Origin: an uncultured delta proteobacterium
Lineage (GTDB): Bacteria; Myxococcota_A; UBA9160; UBA4427
Length of the DNA: 64,000 nucleotides
Assembly (NCBI GenBank): GCA_963822965.1
Contig: CAWGJT010000010.1
Location: 768,001 to 832,000, forward strand
Reading direction: 5' to 3'
This document shows, in pieces, positions 20,623 through 29,651 of the stretch. Both the position numbers and the translations under genes were made by a program. A model generated the notes under the pieces. It was not told the origin of the DNA, did no database searches, and saw only the letters and a list, made by a program, of their open reading frames with translations. Each line of letters opens with the position of its first letter. The stretch's first letter is position 1.

Positions 20623-21127
20623 GGCGGCGGGCGAGCAGCGAGAGCGTGGCGAGCGCCGTGAGCGCCAGCGCGGAGGCCTGGGGCTCCGGAAGCTGGAGCG
20701 TGTACTCCCCCGCCCCAAGGGCCCCCGGCGAGCAGTCGAACACGCTCTGACCCTGCACGTGACCGCACACGGCGAGCACGATCTCGCCGTTGTCGTCCGC
20801 CACCAGCTCCTGGAGCTCCAGGAAGCCCTCGAACGCGATGCTGTCCAGCAGGGTGCCATCGCTGGCGAACCAGCCGAGACCGAGCGATGTCAAGTCGAGG
20901 AGAGCGTCGTAGGTCTGCCCGGGCTCGAGACCGGTGAAGACGAAGAAGTCCACGTCGCTGCTGAAGCCGCCCGACCCGCTGCGCACGCCGCTGACCTGCG
21001 CCTCGCCCTGGACGACGTTGGCCGTACCGATGGTGTCGTTGGGCTCCTGCTCGCTGACGGCCAGAGCCGGAGCCGCGCTCCAGGCGACCGCCAACGACGC
21101 GAGCGCAAGGATCGCGCAGTGCCGCAT
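20594..21127 (-). CDS. Secreted protein with PEP-CTERM-type sorting signal
   Basis: Signal peptide; EQEPNDT motif; C-terminus LPEP + hydrophobic helix + RRR. Confidence 0.75.
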   Translation of the reverse strand: MRHCAILALASLAVAWSAAPALAVSEQEPNDTIGTANVVQGEAQVSGVRSGSGGFSSDVDFFVFTGLEPGQTYDALLDLTSLGLGWFASDGTLLDSIAFEGFLELQELVADDNGEIVLAVCGHVQGQSVFDCSPGALGAGEYTLQLPEPQASALALTALATLSLLARRRAIRASASA

Positions 21128-21165
21128 GCCTCTCCCCCCCGAAAGAGTCTCGTGCAGCCGGCAGG

Positions 21166-21249
21166 CTAGCCCCGATCCGCCACGCGGGACAGGGCGCGAC
21201 CGCGGCTGCCGTCCGGATCGACGCGTCGGCTCGGCCCGGGGCCGAGGTC
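21166..21249 (+). repeat. Degenerate partial copy of the 39928-40358 element (reverse orientation)
   Basis: CTAGCCCCGATCCGCCACGCGGGACAGGGCGCGAC matches the reverse complement of 40324-40358 at 29/35, with gapped similarity continuing to about 21249. Confidence 0.7.
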
Positions 21250-21652
21250 AGTGCTCGTCGCCGCCCTCGTCACGGACGCGCCCGCGCTCGAGTCGTTCGC
21301 GGACAGAGCGCTCGAGCGCCGCGTCGTGCCGGACGATGCCCAGGCATTCGGTGAGCACGGCGGACAGACTGCGATCCGTCGCGATCGCCAGGTCCTTCAG
21401 CCAGGCGTCGTCCGCGGCCGGGATGCGCACCTGGAGGGTGCGTCGCGGCCTCGGGCCCCGGGCGGCGGAGTCGACGGCGATCGGCCAGTGGCGGTCCACG
21501 TCGAGGTAGCGCTGGTACAGCTCGGGCGGCATCCCCTCGAAGCCGCCCTCGAAGTGGGCGAGCAGCTCCCGCTCGAGCCGGTCGAACTCGTCCTTCTCGT
21601 TGTGGCGGGCCGCATCAGCGAGGGCGGCGAGCAGGAGATCGACGGTGGCCAC
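21248..21652 (-). CDS. Hypothetical protein with C-terminal ribbon-helix-helix-like segment
   Basis: RRTLQVRIPAADDAWLKDLAIATDRSLSAVLTECL fits the RHH strand-helix-helix pattern. Confidence 0.5.
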   Translation of the reverse strand: MATVDLLLAALADAARHNEKDEFDRLERELLAHFEGGFEGMPPELYQRYLDVDRHWPIAVDSAARGPRPRRTLQVRIPAADDAWLKDLAIATDRSLSAVLTECLGIVRHDAALERSVRERLERGRVRDEGGDEH

Positions 21653-21670
21653 GGGCTGGGCTCATCGCCT

Positions 21671-22135
21671 TCAGTAGATCCCGCCGAGCTTGGTGTGATC
21701 CCAGCTCATCACCTTCTCGGGCGCCACCAGGATGGCGGTCTTCTTGGGAGCCATTCCGGCGGACACCTTGTCGAGCACGTCTTCGGCAATCTCGGGCGTA
21801 TTGCGGCGCAGCACGGCCATGTGCAGCTGGTGGACCTCCTCGACGCCGCGTACCAGCCGGGCGGTGGCGTTGATCGACACGCCCCGGAGCTCGTTGTAGA
21901 CGTCGCCGTCCTCGAACAGCAGGGCGATGCGGGGGTCGCGCGTGAGGTTCACCACCTTCTGCGACTTCGTGAAGGTCTCGAGCACGATGCGTCCGTCGAC
22001 GATCGCGAACCACAGCGTGGTGAGATGCGGCGAGCCGTCCTTGTTCAGCGTGGCCACCTGCACGCTCTTCTGGGTCTCGATGAACTTCCACATCTCCTCG
22101 TCGCTCATGGCGACGAGCTCTCGGCGCTTCGGCAA
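21671..22135 (-). CDS. Pyridoxamine 5'-phosphate oxidase-like (PPOX, possibly F420-binding) protein
   Basis: TTG 22135 after GGAGG; VATLNKDGSPHL, KSQKVVNLTRDPR, YNELRGV, SWDHTKL. Confidence 0.85.
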   Translation of the reverse strand: MPKRRELVAMSDEEMWKFIETQKSVQVATLNKDGSPHLTTLWFAIVDGRIVLETFTKSQKVVNLTRDPRIALLFEDGDVYNELRGVSINATARLVRGVEEVHQLHMAVLRRNTPEIAEDVLDKVSAGMAPKKTAILVAPEKVMSWDHTKLGGIY

Positions 22136-22342
22136 CGGCGACCTCCCGGCTGTGGCGTCCGCCCGCGGCGCTCCGCGACGTGCCTGCGGTGCTCCGCCTC
22201 CCCGGTGGAGCACCCCATCGGCGGGATGCTCGGGCGTCGGGCAACGGTAGCCCGGGGTTCGTCCGCGACCACGCACGGGGATGGCCCCCCCGCGGGCTTG
22301 TGGGGTAAGCTGCCTGCCCCGAGACGCCCTGGAGGACCGGCA

Positions 22343-22927
22343 TTGCGCGACGTCCAGCACCTCTCTCCCCGAGTCCCGCGAGCTGCGCGCCGACTCCTCG
22401 TCGCGGGCATCCTGGCGATCGGCTCGATGCAGCTTGCCGGGCCGATCCAGGCTTCGCCGGACTCGCTCCGGCTCGCCCTCGAGGACATGACCTTCGGCGC
22501 GGTCGACGTGGTGGCATCGCCCGTCACGGGTGGCGTCGCCACCGCGCGCAACCTGGACGCGGTCTCCGACAATGCGGTCGTGCAGGGGCTCTACGCGCTC
22601 CCGGGCTGGCTGGGGCTCACCATGCTGCAGGTCGGGCAGGGGGTGCTCCGCGTGGCCGTCGGCGCCGTGGAGGTGCTTCCGGGTCTGGCGCTCTTTCCGT
22701 TCGACACGGACATCCCCGAGGACTGGAACGTCTTCCGAAGCGGAGACCTGCTCGTCGACGCCCGCAACCCTCTGGGCGAGCATCCGGCCTGGCTGGCCTG
22801 GGTGCTTCCGCTCACCCCCGTGACCATCGACGCGCGCTTTGCCCCCGTGTCACCGTGGGCGGTGTACGTGCAGCCCGAGGACGACACCTTCAGCGGCCAG
22901 CCCGCCGCCATGGCGGTGGCGCCGTGA
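22343..22927 (+). CDS. Hypothetical exported/membrane protein
   Basis: TTG 22343 after GGAGGA; signal-like N-terminus; stop overlaps next GTG. Confidence 0.55.
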   Translation: MRDVQHLSPRVPRAARRLLVAGILAIGSMQLAGPIQASPDSLRLALEDMTFGAVDVVASPVTGGVATARNLDAVSDNAVVQGLYALPGWLGLTMLQVGQGVLRVAVGAVEVLPGLALFPFDTDIPEDWNVFRSGDLLVDARNPLGEHPAWLAWVLPLTPVTIDARFAPVSPWAVYVQPEDDTFSGQPAAMAVAP

Positions 22928-23208
22928 CGCAGGCGGGCTCCCGCTCGCGCTTCGCGGTGGGCGATCGCGTTCGGATCGTCACCGGGGACAGCGACTACAC
23001 GGGCTGTCGCGGGACGGTCGCGGCGCCCCCCGCCCGGGTGCCCGTGAGCGAGGACGGCGAGCCGCTCGGCTACTACGTCGCCATCGACGGCGAGAACGGG
23101 CGGGTGCGACCCTTTCTGACGCTCGAGCTGGAGCGCCTGCGACCCGCGCGAGTCCGCCCGCAACCGCCTGTCGAGGACAGTCGTCGAGGGGGAAGGGGGC
23201 TGCCTTGA
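22924..23208 (+). CDS. Small KOW/SH3-like protein
   Basis: FAVGDRVRIVTGDSDYTGCRGTV; GTGA and TTGA overlaps with neighbours. Confidence 0.55.
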   Translation: MTQAGSRSRFAVGDRVRIVTGDSDYTGCRGTVAAPPARVPVSEDGEPLGYYVAIDGENGRVRPFLTLELERLRPARVRPQPPVEDSRRGGRGLP

Positions 23209-23732
23209 CCTGGCTCTCGCAGACCGCTCCGGGCGACACCGCGTTCGATCGGGCGTTCGGTCTGTGTCCCGACCTCTATCGGCGCTACATCGACTTCCAG
23301 GCACTCTTCTGGCAGCGTCATCTGGTCGACCCGGTGATCCTCGAGCTGTGCCGGCTGTACGTCGCCGAGCTGCTCGGCTGCGCGTCCGAGCGGAGGATCC
23401 GCTACCAGGAGGCGATCGACGCGGGATTCGACGAGCGCAAGGCCCGGGCCCTCGACGGGTGGCAGCGGGCAGAAGGCTTCGACGAGCGCGAGCGCGCCTG
23501 TCTCCGCTTCACCGAGCTCTTCGTGCTCGACCCCCATGCCATCTCCGACGACGACGCGATCGCCGTGCGGCGCGCGCTCGGTACCCGGGCGACCGTGGCC
23601 CTGACCGAGGCGCTCGCGCTCTTCGACGGCTTCATGCGCTTCCGGCTGCTGCTGGGGGACGCGGCGGAGGCCGAGGTCGGCGAGCCCGTGATCGTGCCCG
23701 CGCCGCGGGTCGGCGCCCGGAGCGTGGCATGA
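23205..23732 (+). CDS. Carboxymuconolactone decarboxylase/AhpD-like protein (single Cys)
   Basis: VDPVILELCRLYVAELLGC, ERERACLRFTE. Confidence 0.72.
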   Translation: MTWLSQTAPGDTAFDRAFGLCPDLYRRYIDFQALFWQRHLVDPVILELCRLYVAELLGCASERRIRYQEAIDAGFDERKARALDGWQRAEGFDERERACLRFTELFVLDPHAISDDDAIAVRRALGTRATVALTEALALFDGFMRFRLLLGDAAEAEVGEPVIVPAPRVGARSVA

Positions 23733-24268
23733 CCCAGGCCCGCATCCCGCTTCCCGAGACGGATTCGCCGGATCTCGTGGCGCGAAGCGCCCTCGGTCAC
23801 CAGCCGGAGACCCTCGCCGCCTTCCAGGCGACGTATGCCCAGCTGTGGAGCCGAGGCGTCGTCGATCCCGCGCTGAAGGAGCTGGCCCGCCTGCGCAACG
23901 CGCGGGTGACCGGCTGCAACATCTGCCGGAATCTCCGCTTCGCGGTGGCCGAGCAGGCCCTGGTGCCCGAGGACGAGGTCGAGCAGATCCGCGACGGCCA
24001 TGCGGAGAGCGCGCTCTCGTCCGCCCAGAAGGCGGTGCTCGCCTGGGCGGACCTGTTCCTGGGGCTGCCGGGAGGTCTCCCCGAGCCCGGCGAGGCGCCG
24101 GTCGAGGCCGCCGAGCTGGAGAAGCACTTCGACCCGGCGCAGATCGTCGAGCTCACGGCCACCCTGGCCCTGTGTATGGGCTTCTCGAAGATCGCGGTCG
24201 CGCTGGGCCCGATCCCCGACCAGATGCCGACCCTGCTGTCGCCCATGCCCGGTAGCGAGGAGGCCTGA
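23729..24268 (+). CDS. Carboxymuconolactone decarboxylase/AhpD-like protein (CxxC)
   Basis: VDPALKELARLRNARVTGCNIC, QIVELTATLA. Confidence 0.8.
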   Translation: MTQARIPLPETDSPDLVARSALGHQPETLAAFQATYAQLWSRGVVDPALKELARLRNARVTGCNICRNLRFAVAEQALVPEDEVEQIRDGHAESALSSAQKAVLAWADLFLGLPGGLPEPGEAPVEAAELEKHFDPAQIVELTATLALCMGFSKIAVALGPIPDQMPTLLSPMPGSEEA

Positions 24269-24275
24269 TCGGAGC

Positions 24276-24361
24276 TTCGCCGCCCTCGAAGCCCGTTTTC
24301 GCCGCCCTCGAAGCCCGTTTTCGCCGCCCTCGAAGCCCGTTTTCGCCGCCCTCGAAGCCCG
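24276..24361. repeat. 22-bp tandem repeat TTCGCCGCCCTCGAAGCCCGTT, about 3.9 perfect copies
   Basis: GAAGCCCG recurs at 24288, 24310, 24332 and 24354. Confidence 0.92.
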
Positions 24362-24413
24362 ACTCCGCCCCTGTCCCTGCCCGCGACCGCAGCTCGGCCC
24401 TTTCGTGCCGGGG

Positions 24414-24422
24414 TGGTAATCT
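24414..24422 (+). promoter_or_regulatory. Extended -10 element (TGn-TAATCT) upstream of the helD-like gene
   Basis: TGGTAATCT about 40 nt before the probable TTG start. Confidence 0.45.
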
Positions 24423-24460
24423 TTCGAACCCGCCGGGTTCCGGGCGGGTGGGGGGTGGGC

Positions 24461-26572
24461 TTGTCGGATACCGAGGGAGGTTCGCCGCTCGATCCGGTCG
24501 TCGCGGACGAGGTCGGCCTGCTCGAGCGGGTGTCCGCTCGCCTGCTGCAGCTGCCCGAGCCGCGCACCGCCTCCGAGCAGCCGATCGTCCAGGAGCTCGA
24601 GCGGCTACGCGCCGTGATGCTCTCGGGCGACGAGCACAAAGACCTGTCGGCGCTCACCGAGCAGTGGCACCACCAGAGCTCGATCCTGCGCCAGCTGCGG
24701 AATGCGGCGGTGGTTCCCAAGGTGGATCCGGGCTCGCCGTACTTCGCGCACCTGCGACTCCGGGAAGACGGACAGGAGCGCGACCTGTGCCTCGGCAAGG
24801 CCACCTGCATCGAGCGGGGCGTGCGCATCGTCGATTGGCGGGACGCGCCGATCAGTCGGATCTTCTACAGCTACCGCCAGGGCGAGGAGTACGACGAGGA
24901 GATCGCCGGCCGCGATCGCGTGGGCGAGGTAGTGGTGCGCCGCATGGTGCGCATCCGGAACGGCGTCCTCGACCGCGTGCAGGCGCCCGAGGGTGACTTC
25001 CACGCGGATCCCGCGGCGCCGGGGGGATGGCGGCGCGAGCAGAGCACGCCCGCACGACTCTCGGGGGGCGAGTCGGCCGCGCTGCGGGCCTGGAGCGCCG
25101 GCGAGGGCCACGCCCGGCGTCTCGGAAGCGATCACCACGGCCTGCCTCACCGGGTCGACAAGCGTCTCCCCGAGATCACGGGGCTGATCGATCCCGAGCA
25201 GTTCGACCTCATCACGCGGCCTTCCGAGGGCTTCCTCGTGATCCGCGGGACCGCGGGCTCGGGCAAGACGACCGTCGCGCTGCACCGCATCGCGTACCTG
25301 GCCTACGACGACGCCTCGATGGACAGCGAGCACACCCTGGTCATCGTCTTCTCGCCCGCGCTCCGCAACTACGTCGCCCACGTGCTTCCCTCTCTGGGGC
25401 TCGAGAACGTCCGCATCGTGACCTATCGCGAGTGGGCCGCCGAGGAGCGCCGGCGTCACTTCCCGAAGCTTCCGGTCCGTCAGCGCGAGGACACGCCCGG
25501 CCTGGTCGTCCGGATGAAGCTGCACCCGTTCCTGTCGACGGCCCTGACCCAGCAGGTCGAGCGTGTTCCCGGGCCGGCCACGGCCGAGCAGGCCCTCGAC
25601 GACTGGGCCAGCGTGCTCACCCAGCGCCCGCTGTTGGAATCGGTGAGCGCCGAGAAGGCGCCCGGCGCCTTCTCCGAGCAGGAGCTCGACCGGTTCGTCG
25701 ACTACAACCGTCGCCGCGTCGACGAGCTCTTCGCGGCTCTCGCCGGCGACTCCCACGTGCCCTTCGAGCTCGACTCGGAAGACGACGCCCTGCTGCTGCG
25801 AGCCTGGCAGCTGCGCGTGGGCCCGCTTCAGGACCGGGGCCGGCGCCCGCTGCGCTTCCGCCACGTGGTGATCGACGAGGTCCAGGACTTCTCGCCCCTC
25901 GAGGTGCAGGTGCTGCTCGACTGCATGGAGCCCGGTGCCGGGATCACCCTGGCCGGCGACACCCAGCAGCACGTGATGCAGCACAGCGGCTTCACGTCCT
26001 GGCAGGAGTTCTTCGGCCACCTGGGCGTGAAGGGCACCGAGGTGGAGACCCTCAAGGTCTCCTATCGGTCGTCGGAGGAGATCGTGCGCTTCGCGCACTC
26101 GGTCCTGGGCGACCTCAGCGAGGAGGACGAGCCCCCGCAGACCACCCGCCAGGGTCCGCCGGTGGAGCTCTTCACGTTCGCCGACGCCGGCGCGTGCGTG
26201 GTCTTCCTGGCCGACGTGCTACGGGACCTCGCCGAGCACGAGCGCCTGGCGTCGGTGGCGTTGCTGGCGCCCACACCGGAGATCGCGGACGCCTACTACC
26301 AGGGCCTCGTTCGGAGCGATCTGCCCCGGCTGCGGCGCGTGGCCGACCAGGACTTCACGTTCACGGCGGGAATCGAGGTGACCGACGTCGCCCAGGTCAA
26401 GGGCCTCGAGTTCGACTACGTGGTGCTGCTCGACGTGGACGCCCACAGCTATCCGGATAGCGCGGCGGCCCGGCGTCTGCTGCACGTGGGCGCGACGCGG
26501 GCCATCCATCAGCTGTGGGTGACGGCGGTGAATCGCCCGTCGCCCCTGGTTGCGGATCTCCGGACGCGATAG
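24461..26572 (+). CDS. helD: HelD-like SF1 helicase/ATPase (RNA polymerase recycling factor family)
   Basis: SPYFAHL, IVDWRDAPIS, IRGTAGSGKTTVALHRIAYL, VIDEVQD, AGDTQQ, VKGLEFD, TRA. Confidence 0.75.
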   Translation: MSDTEGGSPLDPVVADEVGLLERVSARLLQLPEPRTASEQPIVQELERLRAVMLSGDEHKDLSALTEQWHHQSSILRQLRNAAVVPKVDPGSPYFAHLRLREDGQERDLCLGKATCIERGVRIVDWRDAPISRIFYSYRQGEEYDEEIAGRDRVGEVVVRRMVRIRNGVLDRVQAPEGDFHADPAAPGGWRREQSTPARLSGGESAALRAWSAGEGHARRLGSDHHGLPHRVDKRLPEITGLIDPEQFDLITRPSEGFLVIRGTAGSGKTTVALHRIAYLAYDDASMDSEHTLVIVFSPALRNYVAHVLPSLGLENVRIVTYREWAAEERRRHFPKLPVRQREDTPGLVVRMKLHPFLSTALTQQVERVPGPATAEQALDDWASVLTQRPLLESVSAEKAPGAFSEQELDRFVDYNRRRVDELFAALAGDSHVPFELDSEDDALLLRAWQLRVGPLQDRGRRPLRFRHVVIDEVQDFSPLEVQVLLDCMEPGAGITLAGDTQQHVMQHSGFTSWQEFFGHLGVKGTEVETLKVSYRSSEEIVRFAHSVLGDLSEEDEPPQTTRQGPPVELFTFADAGACVVFLADVLRDLAEHERLASVALLAPTPEIADAYYQGLVRSDLPRLRRVADQDFTFTAGIEVTDVAQVKGLEFDYVVLLDVDAHSYPDSAAARRLLHVGATRAIHQLWVTAVNRPSPLVADLRTR

Positions 26573-26592
26573 CCCCGCGCGAGCGCGACGGA

Positions 26593-27316
26593 TCAGGCTG
26601 GCGCAGCCGTTCGAGGGCGGCCGGTGAGACCGGTCAGCAACCGGCGCCCCAGCGTGGGCTTGTTCAGCACCACGATGAAGACCTTGCGGTAGCGGCCCTC
26701 CGGACAGTGGATCTCCTTCACGCCGTGCCAGGAGTCGCCCCGGCGCGTGAAGATGAAGCTGCGGTTGCCCATGGCTTCCGCGTGGATCTCGCGGTCGAAG
26801 TCGTCGAACTCCGGAGCCGAGTTGCGCGAGAAACGTCCGCCGTCGTCGAGCACGATCGTCTCGCCGCCCCAGCTCGCGTCCCAGTCCTCTTCCGTGTTCA
26901 GGTAGAAGATGTGCGAGCCCAGCTTCCGCTTGGCGTCGCAGTGGGGCGAGACCGAGTTGCCGTTGGTGGCCCAGTGCCAGTGGAAGCGGAGCTCGAGAGC
27001 CGGCACGCCCACGAGCCGACAGAGCAGGTCGACGTAGGGGCCCGTCGCGCAGCTCGTCGATGAACTCCTGCCAGGGAGCGGGCAGGGGCAGGCCGTCCTC
27101 GTACTCGAGCGCGTAGCGGTCGTGGGGCTTCTGGCCATGGGCCCGCTTCTTGCCGTGCACCTGCTCGAAGAGGTCCATCGGGGGCAGATTCTCGACGAGC
27201 TTGCGGAACGCCTCCTCGTGGAGCAGGCCCTCGGGATTCACGAACGGGTACGGATCGCGCGTCTGGTACGCGATGGGATCGAGGGCCGCGAATCGTTCGA
27301 GGTCGAGATAGCTCAC
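26593..27316 (-). CDS. 2OG-Fe(II) oxygenase; frameshift near 27038
   Basis: N-part in ORF 26219..27316 (DPYPF), C-part in ORF 26593..27138 (PHCD, WGGET, SWHGV, RK). Confidence 0.8.
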
Positions 27317-27397
27317 GAGGTGGGACCGTAGCGAAGGCGACGGTCGGCTTCCGCTCCTCGTGCCGGCCGCCCGCCGCGGGGGCTCCCGCGACGCGGC

Positions 27398-28964
27398 TCA
27401 CGGGGACGACGGGTCGCGCAGGGCACGGCAGTCGAGTGCCTCGGTGGTGCCGACGAGGCGCCGGCGCCACCAGTCCCCGGTCTCGGCCCGCTCCTCCGGT
27501 GTGGTGAAGTGGTACTCCCAGTAGGCCACGCGGACGGCCACGGGTCGGGGGTCGAGGGGCGCCGGAAACAGGGGGGCCACCGTCGCGGGCTCCACGCAGA
27601 GCCGCTCGAGCAGGGTCAGGAGGTAGTCGGGCAGGCCCCCGCGGTAGCGCAGGCCGTGGAACCAGAGCAGGAAGTCGACCCGGGGCTGGTGGGGCGCGAC
27701 GAAGCGCGGCGCCTCCCCGGTCGGTCCCGGCTTGTAGCGGAACGCATGGGCCTGCCAGCGCGTTCCGTCGAAGGTCTGGATCTCGGGCTCGATGCGCTCC
27801 CGGGTGATGGAGCCGAAGAGGTGGTAGGCGTTCGCCACGCGGAAGACCTGGTAGCTGGCGAGCCAGCGCGCCGCCGCGGTCGACGAGGGCGCCGTTCGGA
27901 CCGAAGTGGACGATCGCCGTGACCAGCGAGGCGCCGATCCAGAGCGCGGCCAGCGAGGCGCACGTCCAACGGACGAGCGGACGCATGCGTTCGGGGGCTC
28001 GCAGCGAGCGCAGAATGGCCGCGGCGCGCTGGAGGATGGCCGGGTGTGCCGGCCATCGCGGCACCCCCCGTGAGCCCAGCCGCGAGAGGTCGGCGTCGTC
28101 CAGCAGGAAGACGTGGAGGGCCAGGGCCAGGTAGACGAAGAACCCGTAGTTCGCCGTACCGAGGTTCAGGAGCTGAAAGGCCGTGAAGGCCGCGAGCGCG
28201 GCGAGACGGGCGGGGCGGGGACCCAGGATGAGCCAGGCGCCGAAGAGCTCGAGGCAGAGGGCGCCCCAGCTCTCGAGCCGATGCCAGGCCGGGGGCAGCT
28301 GGTGGGCGTACCAGGCCGGCCAGGCGGGCAGCGGCGCCGTCTCGTAGTAGAAGCGCATCGCACTGCCGTCCCACCAGTCGCCCAGGGCCGACTGGGCCTT
28401 GGCCAGACCCGACTCGAAGTAGAGCTTGAAGAGCAGCAGTCGCAGCATCCAGTGGCAGCCGGGAGCGGCGCGCCGCCGCGGCAGGAAGGCGGCGAGCACG
28501 AAGCACTCGACGAGCAGGTTGTCCCACTGGAAAGACAGGAAGTCGCGTCCCGCCACCGTGTAGCCCAGGTAGAGGGGCGCCGAGAGCGCGAAGCAGAGCC
28601 GGGGCCAGACGCCGAGCGTGGCCAGGAGCGCCAGCACGGCGCCGACCGCGATCCCCGCGTGCAGCATGGCATCGCTCGGATCGAGCAGCAGGAAGCTCGG
28701 GAAGTCGGTCCACACCCTCCGGTCCAGGGCCTCGAGGCGCTGGACCAGGGGGGCGAGGGGCAGCAGCCCGTGGCTCCCGATCAGCACGTCGATCTGGACG
28801 CCCAGGGAGATCCAGGCGTCCAGGGCACACAGCCCGAGCAGGGTGTGGAAGAGCCGGGCGACCCGCGGCCCCGAGCCGCCCCGGAGCCAACGGGTGATGG
28901 CACCGGGGTCCGGGCGGGGGGGGGTGCCCGCGCGCCCCGCGTCGTCAGCCGCTCGCGAGCGCAC
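27398..28964 (-). CDS. Lipase maturation factor (LMF1) family protein; frameshift near 27875; start approximate
   Basis: LIGSHGLLP, FQWDNLLVE, YFESGLAK, YYETAPLP, then NAYHLFGSIT, YKPG, APHQPRVDF. Confidence 0.82.
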
Positions 28965-29541
28965 GCTCGAGGAAGAAGAGGTGGTCGGCGCCGAAGAACA
29001 TTTCGTCGCCCAGGAAGATCGTCGGGGCGCCGAAGGCGCCGCGCGCGACGGCCTCGTCCGTGTTGGCGCGCAGGCCCTGCTTGACCGCGTCGCTCTCTCG
29101 CAGGCCCGCGAGCTTCGGGGGGTCGAGGTCCGCGCGGGCCAGCAGATCGTCCAGGACAAGGGCGTCGCCGAGATCGAGACCCTCGACCCAGAACGCCGGA
29201 TACACCACCGCGTGGAAGCGATCGAAGACGCCGTCCTGCTGCGCGGCGATCGCCGTGCGCATCAGCATCAGGGTGTTGATCGGAAAGTGGGGGTTGAAGA
29301 CGAACGGCGCTCCGTAGACCCGGGCGGCCCGGCGCAACGCCGTGGTGCCGTAGCTGCGCTTGGGCTCCACGGGCTCGAAGGCGGGGGACCGGTTTCCCGT
29401 CGCCTTGAAGACCCCGCCCAGCAGCATCGGCCGATAGGCGATCTCGGCTCCGCCCCGGGCCGCGATCTCGGGCAGCCGGTGGTTCGCGAGGTAGCTGTAG
29501 GGGCTGCCGTAGTCGAAGAAGAACTCGAGGATGCGGGCCAT
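28945..29541 (-). CDS. 2-hydroxychromene-2-carboxylate isomerase / kappa-GST (DsbA-like) protein
   Basis: FFDYGSPYSYLA, PMLLGGVFK, GAFGAPT, FFGADH. Confidence 0.88.
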   Translation of the reverse strand: MARILEFFFDYGSPYSYLANHRLPEIAARGGAEIAYRPMLLGGVFKATGNRSPAFEPVEPKRSYGTTALRRAARVYGAPFVFNPHFPINTLMLMRTAIAAQQDGVFDRFHAVVYPAFWVEGLDLGDALVLDDLLARADLDPPKLAGLRESDAVKQGLRANTDEAVARGAFGAPTIFLGDEMFFGADHLFFLERALASG

Positions 29542-29651
29542 GGGACTCCGTACAAGGGGAAGCCTCGGTCCGCTGAGTCTACCGGAGCGCGTCCTTCGCG
29601 CGCGGGGCGCTCCCTCCGCCCGGCGGTCGCCAGTCGCTACCGTCCCGGGTC

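Noticed and set aside
24276..24361. CRISPR array or rifamycin-associated element (RAE) upstream of helD
   Set aside because: Units are contiguous with no spacers and no cas genes; the sequence is a direct repeat, not the RAE palindrome
24461..26572. Anti-phage defence helicase system
   Set aside because: Motifs fit stand-alone HelD; no nuclease or other defence partner adjacent
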